Below are positions 51,422-64,000 of a DNA stretch of 64,000 nucleotides, piece by piece (within the stretch, counting starts at the first letter, position 1; every line of letters starts with the position of its first letter). The DNA comes from Octopus vulgaris (Eukaryota). The stretch lies in assembly GCA_951406725.2 (NCBI GenBank), contig OX597818.1:71052001-71116000 (forward strand), given 5' to 3'. The translations under genes and the position numbers were made by a program. A model generated the notes under the pieces. It did not search any database. It was not told where the DNA came from and saw only the letters and a list, made by a program, of their open reading frames with translations.

Positions 51422-53340
51422 AATGAAGTGGAACAGGGCAATATTAGAATAATGACACAAAGATCCCAAGGCCCAGATGAAGTACAAAGATATTGACTGA
51501 AAAATGTTCCCCCTCCCCCCTTCCTGGATTTTATAAAGTCTTGAGCTGGTACAGGTGTCTGATAACATATCAAATTTTATTTGGAGATCAATGAAGAATT
51601 GGAACACAGAGTTAAATTTATGAGGAAATTCTTTGGCAAGGTATATTTCAAGGAGACAGCCAACCAGCATTGCTGTTTGTGGTGTGTATGATACCCCTCA
51701 CAAAAATATTCTAGAAAGTAACATCAGTGTACACCTTGAAAAGAAGAGGAAAATTAAATCGTCTGTTATAGATATGGATGACTTAAAGATCTTTGGGAAG
51801 ACTGAATGTGGAATAAATGGCCTAGTTTCTACAGTGCAGATCTTCAGTAAGGATATTGAAACGGAATTTGGGACTAAAATGTATGGCATGTTTATAATAA
51901 AAAAAGACAAGTAGTGTCATCTGATGGTGTAGAACTAACCAATGGCAAGAAAATCTAGGAGATTGAGACTAATGGATATGAATAGCTGGGTATTTTGGAA
52001 TATGACAAAATCAAGGAAAGTGAAATGAAGGAAAGCTTTAGGTGAGAATATCTCAGAAGAACCAAATCAATAGGCTCAATGGAAAAAAACAAGATCAGGG
52101 CAATGAATACATTGGCTGTTTCCTTACTGCAATGTGGCACAGGTGTTGTTAGGTGGACAAAGAGCAAGCTTGAGGAAATGGAGAGGAAAGCCAGAAAAGT
52201 GATGACTATTAACAAGGAACTGCACCCCAAAAGCAATACTGATAGACTTTGTGTGCCAAGGAATAGCAGAGGAAGAAGCCTCATAAGATGCAAGATCTGC
52301 GTTGTCAACAAGAAGAAGAGTCTGGGATGGTACATCAAACCACAGAGCAAATCCTTACTTGCCACTGTTATATTTAGCAATACAATACCTACCGAAAATG
52401 TGATGCACCCGTAAGTCTTGAAGAAACAAAATGAAGAAAGGATAAACAATTTGAAAATGAAATCACTGCATGGAGAATACCTCAGAGAAATTGAAGGAAA
52501 AGACAAGACCAACACTTGGAAATAGCTAAGAAAAAGTGATCTGAAAGGATGCACTGAGGCTTTGATATGCAACACCCAGGAACAAACTCTGAGAGCTAAT
52601 TACACCAAGTTCTAAATAGATAAGAACAGTAAATTACTCCTTTGTAGGATATGTGGTGGCAAAAGTGAAACAATCTCACATATTGTGAGTGAGTATAGCA
52701 AGCTGGCCCAAAAGCACTATAAAAGGAGGCACATTAACATGGCTAAGTTCATCCACTGGAGGCTATGTGAAAAGTAAGGCCTGTACAGAGCACAGAAATG
52801 GTACAAACAGGAACCAGAAGGAATTACCAAGAACAAGGAATACCATAAGATACTATGGGGTTTTACAATCCAATGTGACTCCCTAATCAAAGCTCAGAGA
52901 CCAGACATTGTTGTGGCAGAAAAAGGAAAAAAGGAGACCAAGATTATAGATATTGCAATACCTGGGGATGCATGCATAAGTGACAAAGAACTAGAAAAGA
53001 TGGAAAACTGCAGACTACGAAAAGACAAAATTGCAAGAATATCGACTGAGGAGAGTGTCTGTCATCCTGGTAGTTGTAGGGTCACTTGAAGCACTAACAA
53101 CCAGGTTCAAGAAATATGTCAGAAAAATTGGAATTGACAGGAGGGCAGAGCAAGACCCCAAAACTGCTCGGCTGGGGACAGCTAGGATTTTGAGATTGGG
53201 TCTTGGGTGTTGAATGTCTTCCATGATAATTAGCCAAGTATCAAAGCTTATATGGTGCAGAAAGAGACCCTGTGTGACCTCTGATAACAAGCTGCTGTCT
53301 GTTCTCACAGAATCAACCAGAGCAAACAAGACCAAGCACT
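51422..53340 (+). mobile_element. R4/Dong-like non-LTR retrotransposon (RT, Zn knuckle, RLE), 5'-truncated pseudogene
   Basis: IFQGDS, MDDLK, EFG, RAMNTLAVSLL..LHPKSNTDRLCVPR..GRSL, CRICG..ETISHIVS, RPDIVV..IIDIAIPGD, ARLGTARILR. Confidence 0.9.
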
Positions 53341-53344
53341 TGAG

Positions 53345-54810
53345 AAGTGCATGCTTAGAATCAGTCCATTCACCCTAACCATTTTTTCGACAGTCACCCA
53401 TCTTCTCACAAATTCAACGGAAGACAACACCTCCCTCTCTACCCTCACTTCTTTTCCGAGTTGATCTTGAAAAAGTCAATGAGGGCCTGATGAAGTGGAC
53501 GATGTCTTTCCATTATCCTTTCAGATTCATCCACTACACAACTTCTTTCACCACCTGCCCTGCCTTGTTAAAGGTGGGTAGTAAGTCAATACTTATAATA
53601 GATTCAGCCTATAATCAAATTTGTCTTCCATGCAATAACAGCTGTTTGACATATCTCCATAAGTCAGCAATGTTCAGATACCACACGAGTGCATTCAGTA
53701 TGGTTTTGTTGCTCTACATACATCTCAGGCAGTCTCACATGATGGTGCTTCCATGCCTGTTGTAGCACTGCCAGATCAGGCTTTTCTAAAAGTTATTCAT
53801 AGCAGATCCTGGCCCAGACAGACCAGTTAGTTCATACTGCCAAGAGTTTCCCCAAAAACATCATCACTTATATCCATCACTATATTTCTCTATAAGGCTA
53901 ATGTAGAACTTCCACCAACCTCATTTCCCAGCTGGTAGAGGGTGGTGAGTGTTTGGTGAGATTCCAAATGCCAGGGGGCCAATCTTGGTCTTTACTAGAG
54001 CCAGTGCTGCAGCTCCAAAGAATGTGGAATACATCTGTTCCACAAGAAGCAGAGAAAAATATGTTCCAGTCCAACCAACCAAATGTAGACTGGAGCAATG
54101 TACAACAGTCAGACAGTAAGTTATTATGGAAGTGATGTAAATATTCACTGCCTCAACTCAACCTTTCAGGAATAACTTCCTTTCAGCCCATTTCTGTGTG
54201 AGGCTGGCCATTCTGCTATTAAAAATCATCCCAGCTCTTGTTCACCTAAAGGTCCATGCCAAACTAAACCCAGAACAATTTTACTGGTCCATCTGTCCTA
54301 GAATGATATTCAAAAGTTAGGCTTGCCTCTCTAGCTGCCAAGTCACAAGCTCACTTATCTGGATTTATGCTCATCATTGCCTCATATTCCTTTTACCTGA
54401 ACTTCCATAGTTCCTAGCACCATTATGGTGATGTCATCATCCACATATGTCAACCCAGCTCTCCCACATCATAATTTGAAAAGGATGTCCTTCGAGAGTT
54501 CTTACTTATGCAGCAAAGGCCTGAGTGCAGAGCATATAGAAGAGATGAGAGAGGACATCACTGATGGATCAAGCATGCAAGCACTACTGACCATTGCTGC
54601 AATCCAGCCACTGAAAACAGGTTCAAAATTGACTGCTTTTAGAACTGTTGCAAAGTAGCAATGGTTGACCCTATCAAAGGCTTTTGACTGATCCAATTTG
54701 ATCAGGGCCCACTGACACCAGACATGCACCCTCTATGATGAAAACATGAGGTGGAGGTCATTGTAGATGGATTGCTAGGGGACTGCACACATTTGAGTTC
54801 CTCTACATAA
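53345..54810 (-). mobile_element. Tx1/L1-clade LINE fragment
   Basis: ALIKLDQSKAFDRVNHCY...VLKAVNF...FSGWIAAM; YVDDDIT at ~54430-54450. Confidence 0.75.
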
Positions 54811-55039
54811 TAACGATGATGATGTTGATGACGCTTTAGGCACAATGCAGCAATTTGGAGGGTAAGAGATTAGTTGGAAAATGGGCTCATGAATCAGATA
54901 AAAATAATCCAAAATAGAGGCTTTCCTCATGAGGCCCAGATTCAGACAATCAGGAAAAGCCTCAGTAGTAGTGATAACCTCAACGAGAATAATGTAGGTT
55001 CCATTCAGAACACAAAGGGTTGTAAGAAAGGTACTTGAT

Positions 55040-57125
55040 CATCATTATCAACATCATTTAACATCTATTTTCCATGCTGGTATGGGTTGGTTGTCCTGAC
55101 AGGAACTGGTAAGGGCAGGGGCTGCAACATGTTCCTTGCCTGTTTTAGCTTGGTTTCTACAGCTGGATGCCCCTCCTAATACCAACCAGTTTACAGAGTA
55201 GAATGAGTGCTTTTTACGTGGCACCAACAGTAGTGCTTTTATGTAGTACCAACACCAGTGTTTTGCCTGTGGCACCAATACCCATACATATGCTTTTTTG
55301 ACATGGCACTTGGTACTAAGATCTCAATCCTGTTGTGATGGGTATCTCTTCCTGAGTACAGCAATGCACCACATACCTCAGTCTTCTGTCATCTCTTTCA
55401 TAAGGTTCAGTGCTTTGAGATCAGCCTTCAATACTTCATCCCAAGTCTTCCTGGGTCTTCCTCTTCCTCAACTTCTCTCCTTTTTAAATGATTGACACTT
55501 CTTAATGCGACTCTCCTCATTCATCTGCATCACATGACCATACCAGCACAGTCTCATCTCTTGCACACTGCATGTAATTCTTCTTATACTTAACTTTTCT
55601 CACAATACACTAGTGGTCTGTTGCACATGTACACTGACATTACACATCCAGAGGAGCATACCAGCTTCAGTCCTCTCTAGTCTTTGCATATCTTCTGCAT
55701 TCAGGGCCCATGTCTCACTATGATGTAGCATTTAGTTCGTACACATGCATCAGACAATCTTCCTTTCATTTGGAGAGAGACCTTTGGTTTCCAAAAGAGT
55801 AAAATCTCTCCAAACTTTTTCTGCCCTATACATATTCTTGCAATAGCAACTTCTTTACACCCTCTTCCACTGCTGATTAGGTCACCAAGGTAGCAGATAT
55901 TAACTACAACTTCCAGAGAGCTTCCAGGATACTTGAGAAAATTAGTTTCTCATGTATCTGTGGTCTTTATAGCTCCTGTATATCTTCCACATACAAACAC
56001 TACATTCTCTGCTAACCTTCCTACTATTCCATTGCACCTCTTGTGTGTCCATGGCTTGCACAAATAGAATTTCTGCCTACACCTTTCCTACACATCATAC
56101 AGGGCCATTTTCCTGAAGGGTGAAGGGTCCTGTCTAATTTCTTGTTTATTAGGATCTTGGTCTTTGTTAAGTTAACTTTAAGACCCTTTGATTCCAGGTC
56201 CTGTTTCCACCCCTTGAATTTTCCTTTTAATTCTGTTACAGATTCTGTTATGAGGATAACATCATCAGCATATTGTAGTTCTCAGCCTTAAATTTCTCTG
56301 TTATGGCCTGGAAGATGTTGATAAATAGGAGTGGGGCTGAGAACCAAGCGTTGGTGGGCACCAACTTGTACACTAAATTTATCACTGTACTCATGGCTGA
56401 CTCTTTACCTTACTAACAACACTCCTGTACATGGCCTGTACTACTTTCACAAGCCATTCGTCTAGCCCTAGCTTCCTCAGAGACCACCATGTTACAGAAT
56501 GATTTACTCAAGTGAAGGCTTTCTCTAGATCAACAAATGCCAAATACAACAACTTGTTCTTGGCCAAATACTTCGCTTGCAGTTGCCTGACTATGAAAAT
56601 AGCATCCTTGGTGTTTCGCCCTGGGACAAAGCCAAACTGCATTTCATCTAGTCTAAATCTGTTCCTAATCAAGCTATAACTCTCTTGGCAACTTTCATCA
56701 TCTGGTCCAGCAATTTGATGCTTCTATAATTATGTCTATCAAAGGTAGCTCCATTTCCCTTGCAGCAGCTGACGATGATGCTGCAGCGCCAGTCACTAGG
56801 GATTATGCCTTCCTGAGTAACCTGAGTTACTATGCGCTTGACTAGGCTGTATCGAACTCCACCAGATATCTTAAGCTTCTCTGCAGTCACTCCTGATGGA
56901 CCAGGGGCCTTCCTCGCCTTTATAAATATAATTGCATTATCTACCATGCTACTGTCAACTAGGACAGCTGGTCCTTCTGTTGGGTTCACATAAGGGAGAC
57001 TCCCTTTATCCCACTCATTCTCCACATTTATAATCCTTCATAATAGCTCTTCTACACCTCTTTCTTTTTAGGATCACTAAGAGCAAGCATTCCATTGTCT
57101 GTCCATATACACTTCTCTCTCTCAC
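55040..57125 (-). mobile_element. RTE-clade LINE, RT domain to 3' tail, decayed
   Basis: KAPGPSGVTAE..IPSDW..KGNG..NYRSIKLL, QFGFVPGRNT.DAIF, AFVDLEKAF, YADDVIL, GLKVNLTKTK, (CAT)-type tail. Confidence 0.92.
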
Positions 57126-57339
57126 ATTTTGATTCTCTCTAACACACTGTCTTGTATGTTAGAGAGAAACTGAGTATGACCTGGTATCAAGAATATTGAT
57201 TCCAAATGCAAGACATTCATGTACACCATGAATGATGATGATGATGATGATGATGATGAGGAGGAGGAGGAGGAGGATGGTGATGGTGGTGGCAGCGGCA
57301 GTGGTGAGGAGGAGGGGAGGAGGATGGAATACAGTTGGG

Positions 57340-57760
57340 GTAAATAAGTGTGCAGAGTTAATTTTGAAGATAGGCTGGAAGGTAAACTCTGATGGCATAA
57401 AATTATCACAAGACGACATCATTAAATCACAAGGGAATAATGAGAGATACAAATACCTAGGAGTGTTGCAAGACTATAGAATAATGGGAGGAGAAATGAG
57501 AGAGAAAGTCACTAAACAAGAGTACAAGAAGAGAATTAAGAAGGTGCTAGAATCAAAATTAATTGAAGGGAATATCATTAAAGCCACGTCTTGGCTGTGG
57601 CTGATGGATTGGAGCTTGGAGCGAGAGACCAAAATACTAATTATAGCCACTCAATGACAAATCTGATAAAGGCAAAGATTGACGAAACTCAGTTAGATAG
57701 CAAATGAAAAATATGTAGGAAAGGAGATGAAGATATCAATCACCTTTTGGTTGAGTGCTG
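57340..57760 (+). mobile_element. internally deleted R4/Dong-like fragment
   Basis: YKYLGVLQ..KKRIKKVLESKLIEGNIIKA joined to LERETKILIIATQ..ICRKGDEDINHLLVEC. Confidence 0.75.
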
Positions 57761-58534
57761 TATACTAAGGACCCCATGGTCGTGAGTTCAAACTTCATTA
57801 CTGTCACTGTACTTCTACTTTTGGATAATCATCAGTTTGAGTACATTACCAACAATAAGTTCCAGTTTTATTTTATATAAATGAACAATTAGCAGAGTAT
57901 AGGGCATTGAGGTGTAAAAATGATTGAATCAACAACAGGCAAATGCCCAATTTTGGAAATATAAAAAAGAATTAATAAATGTGGAGAAATTTAATACCAA
58001 CAACCTACTTATGACTGCTTATAATAAAAGTCTTCATATCTGAATAAAAGTCTCAACGAAACTCCTGTCATAATATTCCTGATAAAATTCAACCAAAATC
58101 ATGATTATACTGAAAATTAGAAAACATAAGCAGTGAACTCGGCAACATATTCACAAAATTATTAAAAAAGACAGAAGGAAAAGTTTAATTTTGTAGCTTT
58201 CAAAAACATTTCACCAGCTTTTTTTTTTCTATCTTGCCCAGCTGCTAATTACTGTACCACTTAATTATTGTATAAGTTTTACGTTTTGAACTTAAAAAAG
58301 AAAAAGGCATTGTTCATATTTTGTTAAGCTACAGCTTCAACATGTATTTACATCCAAGAATATTGAAATGGGTTGCCAGTTTGTTTTCCGTTCCTAAATG
58401 GCTACGTTGGAATTATGAAATAAACAAGACGGGGAACACCCAAGATTTGAAACACTAACTTTTTGAATTCTATCTACAATCTTAAAGTACATTTAACTTC
58501 AGTTCAATTTATACATATATAGATATGTATATAT

Positions 58535-58835
58535 TCTTTTATTCGTTTCAGTCATATGACTGTGGCCATGCTGGAGCACTACCTTTAGTCAAACAAATCA
58601 ACCCCAGGGCTTATTCTTTGTAAGCCTAGTACTTACTCTATCGGTCTCTTTAGCCAACCTGCTAAGATATAGGGACGTAAACACATCAACATTTGTTGTC
58701 AAATGATGGTGTGGTAACAAACATATACATGTACATACATATATATATATATGATATGCTTCTTTCAGTTTCTGTCTACCAAATCCACTCACAAGGCTAT
58801 AGTAGAAGACACTTGCCCAAGGTACCACGCAGTGA
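58535..58835 (-). mobile_element. SINE (family C) with CR1-like tail
   Basis: GTTTCAGTCATATGACTGTGGCCATGCTGGAGCAC tail; GAAGACACTTGCCCAAGG core. Confidence 0.75.
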
Positions 58836-59605
58836 TATATGTGTGTGTGTTCCATACTGACATGAATTAAATGAGTCATTGCCGTGCTCCTAAGTTTCAT
58901 TTTTGGCTTTAATTTACATGGTTGGATGGCCTTCCTGATGTCAACCACTTTACAGAATGTACTCGGTACATGTTTTTCATGGTACCAGCACTTGGGTAAG
59001 TGTTGTATCTTAAAGAAGACTAAAGGGAGTGCATTTTAATTAAATACCAGCATCAGTAAGCCTTTAAGTAAGATCACGATAAACAGCAAGAGATGGATAA
59101 ATGGTAACAGTGAATGATGGATACTGATACTGAACAACCAGCAAGGGGGTACAGGTAGAGTGTATGAAATACATGTATATCTTAGGAAGCCCCTTATGCA
59201 TAAGCCTTGAGTTGGGTAACAAATGAGCGAGAGGGGATAGAGAGTTTATGAAACGGTCACATAGGTGTAATGCTATCCTTCGCTACACTGGAAGTACTGT
59301 ACAGCAAACAGAGAAGATCCACTACCATCCATAGTCAGACTAGCACACGGTGCAGTGAGAAGGGAGGAAAGCATGATTCAGAGATAAGCAATGCGGTGCA
59401 AGAGGCAAGAGAGATTTAAAGCAAAACTCATAGGCAGTGGAGACACACAGGTTGTGTTACAAAAGCATACAAGTGCTCAATACAATCTTGAAGTTCGTTA
59501 AAGTATACACACACACACGCACGTTTATATATGTGTGTGTGTGTGTGTGTAAAGATGTTTTGTTCAAGATGCAAATGTATTTTAGGTATCAATTTGAAAC
59601 TTGTA

Positions 59606-59701
59606 TACATTATTTACATTTGATGGATATTTGTCCTCATCTTGTTTGTTGTTAACAACAAACAAGATGAGAACAAATATCCATCAAATGTAAATAATGT
59701 A
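59606..59701. repeat. 96-bp spacer-less palindrome, one mismatch
   Basis: 48-bp arms centred on GTT|AAC. Confidence 0.95.
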
Positions 59702-59929
59702 CATAATTCCTCATCTCTTAAATACAGAACTCTGTATTATCAATTTTAAATTAGTGATCTTTTTGTATTTCCTTTATTCAGACGAGACCAAGATCTCAAG
59801 GATTTAGAATGTTATTACTTTAAACTAAAACACAATGGGCAAATAAGGAAATATGAAAAATCATTTAATAAAAGATTCAATACTCAGTTGAATTTTCAGT
59901 GTGTGCAGAAATATGTATATTTATCTGTG

Positions 59930-59952
59930 TATGTATATATATATATATATAT

Positions 59953-60007
<55 letters not shown>

Positions 60008-60019
60008 TACATACATACA

Positions 60020-60052
<33 letters not shown>

Positions 60053-60068
60053 CAAGAGAGAGAGAGAG
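59930..60068. repeat. (TA)/(GATA)/(TG)/(GA) compound microsatellite
   Basis: Direct reading. Confidence 0.9.
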
Positions 60069-60717
60069 CAACTGATAACACCACTGGTCCCTATCATTGC
60101 CTTTATTGCTTATGCATGATTTAAATGTTTGTAGTTCAAAGTTGTAAATGGAAAATAAGTTATATTACTTTCACATTATGAAGACCATTAAATTCCAGTT
60201 CAAGTATTACACATTTCATTTATTAACATAGAAAGTTTACGTGTGTGTGTATGTGTGTGACAGAAAAATAAATGGTGTTATTCCAGCTCTAAGATCAATG
60301 CCAAAAGTAAGTAATTTATGAATGAAGTAGTTGCATTGCAGTTATGTGTGTGTGTGTGTGCGCACGCGCGTGGGCCCAGTATCTCGGTAAGTAGTCTATT
60401 ATTGTAATGGTTGCATTAGATATTTGTTAATCATACAAAACTTATCTTTAAATAAAACATTTAATGTTGTGATAGTTGCATTTTAGATTATACTAAGATA
60501 ATTATCTAAAATTAGTTTTATTTAGTGTCTGTTGTTGTGAGACTTGTATTTTAGACATGATTTTGCACACACACATACACACACGCATGCATGCATGCAC
60601 ACACACACACACAAACACACACGCATTTGCACATGTGTACACATAAATTTGTACGTACAAATTAATGGAAAATGCTCAATGCATAAAGTAGAGTTTGCTC
60701 ACCATTAAATTAGTTTT

Positions 60718-60752
<35 letters not shown>

Positions 60753-63151
60753 ATTTCAAATTTGAATCTGGTGATAATGAATATCAATAAATCTTTTATC
60801 AGTTGTTTTGGTCATATGGACTTTGCTCACTTCTTTGAGTGATTTTCATGGTAGACTGGTGTATTGTTTCATCACACAATCAGTTATGTTTTATTGTTTT
60901 ATAGAATTTCCTAGAATGCCTGATTCACCCAATGATCATATGTTGTAAGAAACTCGAGAGAGTGATTTAAATTTTCCCTTTTGAAATATTATTGCTCCCT
61001 TATAGTCTATCGATGTAATAGCTACATTAGCCATTTTGATATGTAAGTCCATGTGATAATTAATAGTGATTAATGATGGTGATGTCTTTGTTGATTTGAA
61101 TATGATTGTAATTAGTTTTAACAGCAAGTAGATGCACTATGCAGCACTATTGTTCTTTGTCCTTGCTAAGTTTATAGGATTATCATAGTATGAATGTAAA
61201 TTCCACTTTCTCCTCAACATATTTTCTGACAGAGATTTATAACACAAAGGAATCCTATCCTTAATGGTGTCACAGAATTCTGTGTTTGTCATGGAATCTG
61301 CTAATCCAAAGCTGGTAAGTTATGTAATGTGAAAGTTTCTCGGATGGTCATCCAAGGTTTTACTCCTGATTCAGCACTAATGTAACAGCAGCAGAGGTAT
61401 ACCATGAACCAATGGGGGCAGTATTGAAGGCTGCTTGCTCATCATTATTGGTGGTAACAGTTTGCTTTTAACACAGTTTGTATTCCCAAGCAAGGGTTCA
61501 TAGTTTGCATTCCAGTCACCAGAACTACACTTAACTTTCAAATAACTCAGTTCACTTGGCTGTAAATAGGAACCCTTTGGGTGTAATGCTTACTTCTATG
61601 GGCATAATTAATAAGTATTCCAGTGACTTAAACTGCTGAGTTTGAATCCCCTTTTGTTCTGGGTATCACTTATTAGATAGGTGAGTCTCCACTAAGTTTA
61701 CTTGCCCAGAAGAAATCTTCACTTAGTGTCTCAGTGATCCAAAAGTACTGAAGGAGTACTCAAATATAAGTCATGTGAATTGTCTCAAAAGTACCATCAG
61801 GGTGAAAAATATTTTTTTAAATATCTCTAACTGCTATAGCTGACATTCTCTATTAAATATGTTATAAATATATTCTATGTAAGATTATTGCCAAGTTTGT
61901 TTAACTGTAATTGTGTTTCTTTATTCCATTTGTTAAGTTCATAGCCATATTTTTCATTGTTTCACCGTCAAAGACATTCTATTTATGTCATAAATATCTA
62001 TAAGACAAGTGAATGTATAACATTCAATATTCAAATTGTGTAGTAAAATAAAGACAAGTAAAGATTTAAATGAAATTAATTAAAATTTGAACCAAATATC
62101 TTGAGAGTGCTTAAAAGATTACGCATAATGCAACCACCATTCAATAAATTAATTCCAATTCCCAAGATAGACTTCTAAATAAAAACTAAGTGAAACAGAA
62201 AATATTATTAGCATTTAAGAGAAAATTGCCCAAATCATATTCCTCAAAGCTACTGAGGCACTTTTCTTTGTGTTATTTATTTATTCATTTATTTATTTTG
62301 TAAGATTTCAAAATATTCTGCATAACAAAAAATACATTTTGTACTGTTCTACAAAATAAAATTTTCTTGATATCAAGAAAAAATAAAAGAAAAAGAAAGA
62401 AAGAAAGATAGAAAAAAATTCCCCAAATTTTTCATTCTTTGTATGGCCACAGATTGAAAATCTACATACACACATCATCAGGAGAAAGAAAACTTTAATT
62501 ATTTTTATTTACTTTATTTTCCCTAATTTTCAACCTTGAAGAAATGAAAAAAAAAATGAACAAACTTTAAACATTAAGGAACAACATTCACTCCAATTGG
62601 TCCTACTGTGTATGTTGGTAAAAGTTTAACAATGAAAATCAATAATTTTTTTCTGTTTTCATGCAATCCCATACGGGACGTATTTATGGACATTTGAAAA
62701 GAAATGTTCCAGGTAATTTCTATTGCATAAATGGACTTGTCTACCCTCTTACTTCTACCCAGCTTCAATGTTATTTTATACTGCATGGAAAAAGCAATAA
62801 CCAGCTTGTTGGGGGTTTTTTTCTATTGGGAGTGAAAAAAGAATAATGACCAAAACAACAAATATATCTAATAATGACTTAACCTTTCCTGTAACACTTC
62901 CATTAATTATCATTTTATATAGTGGGGTGTACACACACACACATTTGCATGTGTGTGTGAATAAGTGAATGTAGCCTTATATATTGAAATAATTTGGGCA
63001 CATACATTTTAGGTCAGTAAATTTTAGAATATTGTCTGAATGTGAAAATAATTAAAATTACAATATTAAAAGTTTGGTTTACTAGCAATAGTATACACAC
63101 ATATAAATACATATACATGAACACACACACACACACACACACACACATGTG

Positions 63152-63189
<38 letters not shown>

Positions 63190-63894
63190 CATACATACAT
63201 ACATAGAGAACAAGAGAATTGTTTAGATTAGATTAAATTAAATTAAATATTAATATCTTTATACTTTTAAAATTATTTTCTTTATTTTTACATGCCATAA
63301 TGCCAATTTTAAAATCTTTAATTTCTTTTTTCTTTCTTACATCATTGAAGTGATTACAATTTAAAAGTGACTTGTTAATTACACACTAATTGCAGTTGTC
63401 TTTAGTCTTAGATTTTATTTTGCTAAATCAATAATTTTCAAAATTAGATGTCTAAATATTTTCATTTATATTTCCTATATCCTCCATGCAAATTATTTTC
63501 TTTTAAAAATATTATAAAATAGAAAATTCTTATAAACTAATACCATTCCCATTCAGTATAGAACTTACAGAAAGAAGGAGAAGTTTAAGGGTTGACAAAC
63601 AATTCATTGACTATATATATATATTAAGTCTGCACATTTTCTGTCTTGTATTTTGATAAATCACTGCAAATTTTCACCGTTATTTTCGTGATTTTAATTT
63701 TCTTATATTAAAAGTCACTTTTTTTCTTCTTTTTCTTTTCTGTATTGTGTATTTTGTAAAGCAAAAAGAAAAAAAGAAGAGGAAAATAATTTGTTGTGGT
63801 ATATTATTTCACACACACACATGCACACACACACATGCACACGCATATATTATATACGTATACGTTGTCTGTTGTCTATTTTCACTGTTGTGTT

Positions 63895-64000
63895 GCAGTA
63901 GGCATGGTTGTATGAAGAAGTTCACTTTACAATAACGTGATTTCATGGTTTATTCTACTGTGTGGCACCTTGGGAAAGTGTCTTGTACCAAAGCCTCAGG
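63895..64000 (+). mobile_element. SINE 5' part running off the window end
   Basis: GGCATGGTTGT..AAGAAGTT..GTGGCACCTTGGGAAAGTGTCTT, matching the family C core. Confidence 0.6.

Overview
AT-rich eukaryotic genomic DNA, dense in microsatellites ((TA)n, (CA)n, (TAA)n, (CAT)n) and decayed transposons. The repeat repertoire (RTE LINEs with CAT/GAT tails, tRNA-derived SINEs, CR1, R4/Dong, Tx1, Penelope remnants) suggests an octopus/coleoid cephalopod genome; this is an inference. No complete host protein-coding gene is recognisable. Nearly all ORFs in the track are microsatellite artefacts or transposon fragments, so the window looks like a large intron or intergenic region. Highlights: (1) a 24-nt + strand microexon candidate whose 5' splice site is base-paired in a ~145-nt hairpin; (2) a 1.7-kb TA-flanked foldback carrying a Penelope GIY-YIG endonuclease fragment; (3) a ~48-copy 28-bp minisatellite born from the catalytic-motif sequence of a mariner transposase; (4) a full-length Tc1 element with DD36E (Incomer-type) spacing; (5) spacer-less 176-bp and 96-bp palindromes and hammerhead-like cores. 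Boundaries of decayed elements are approximate.
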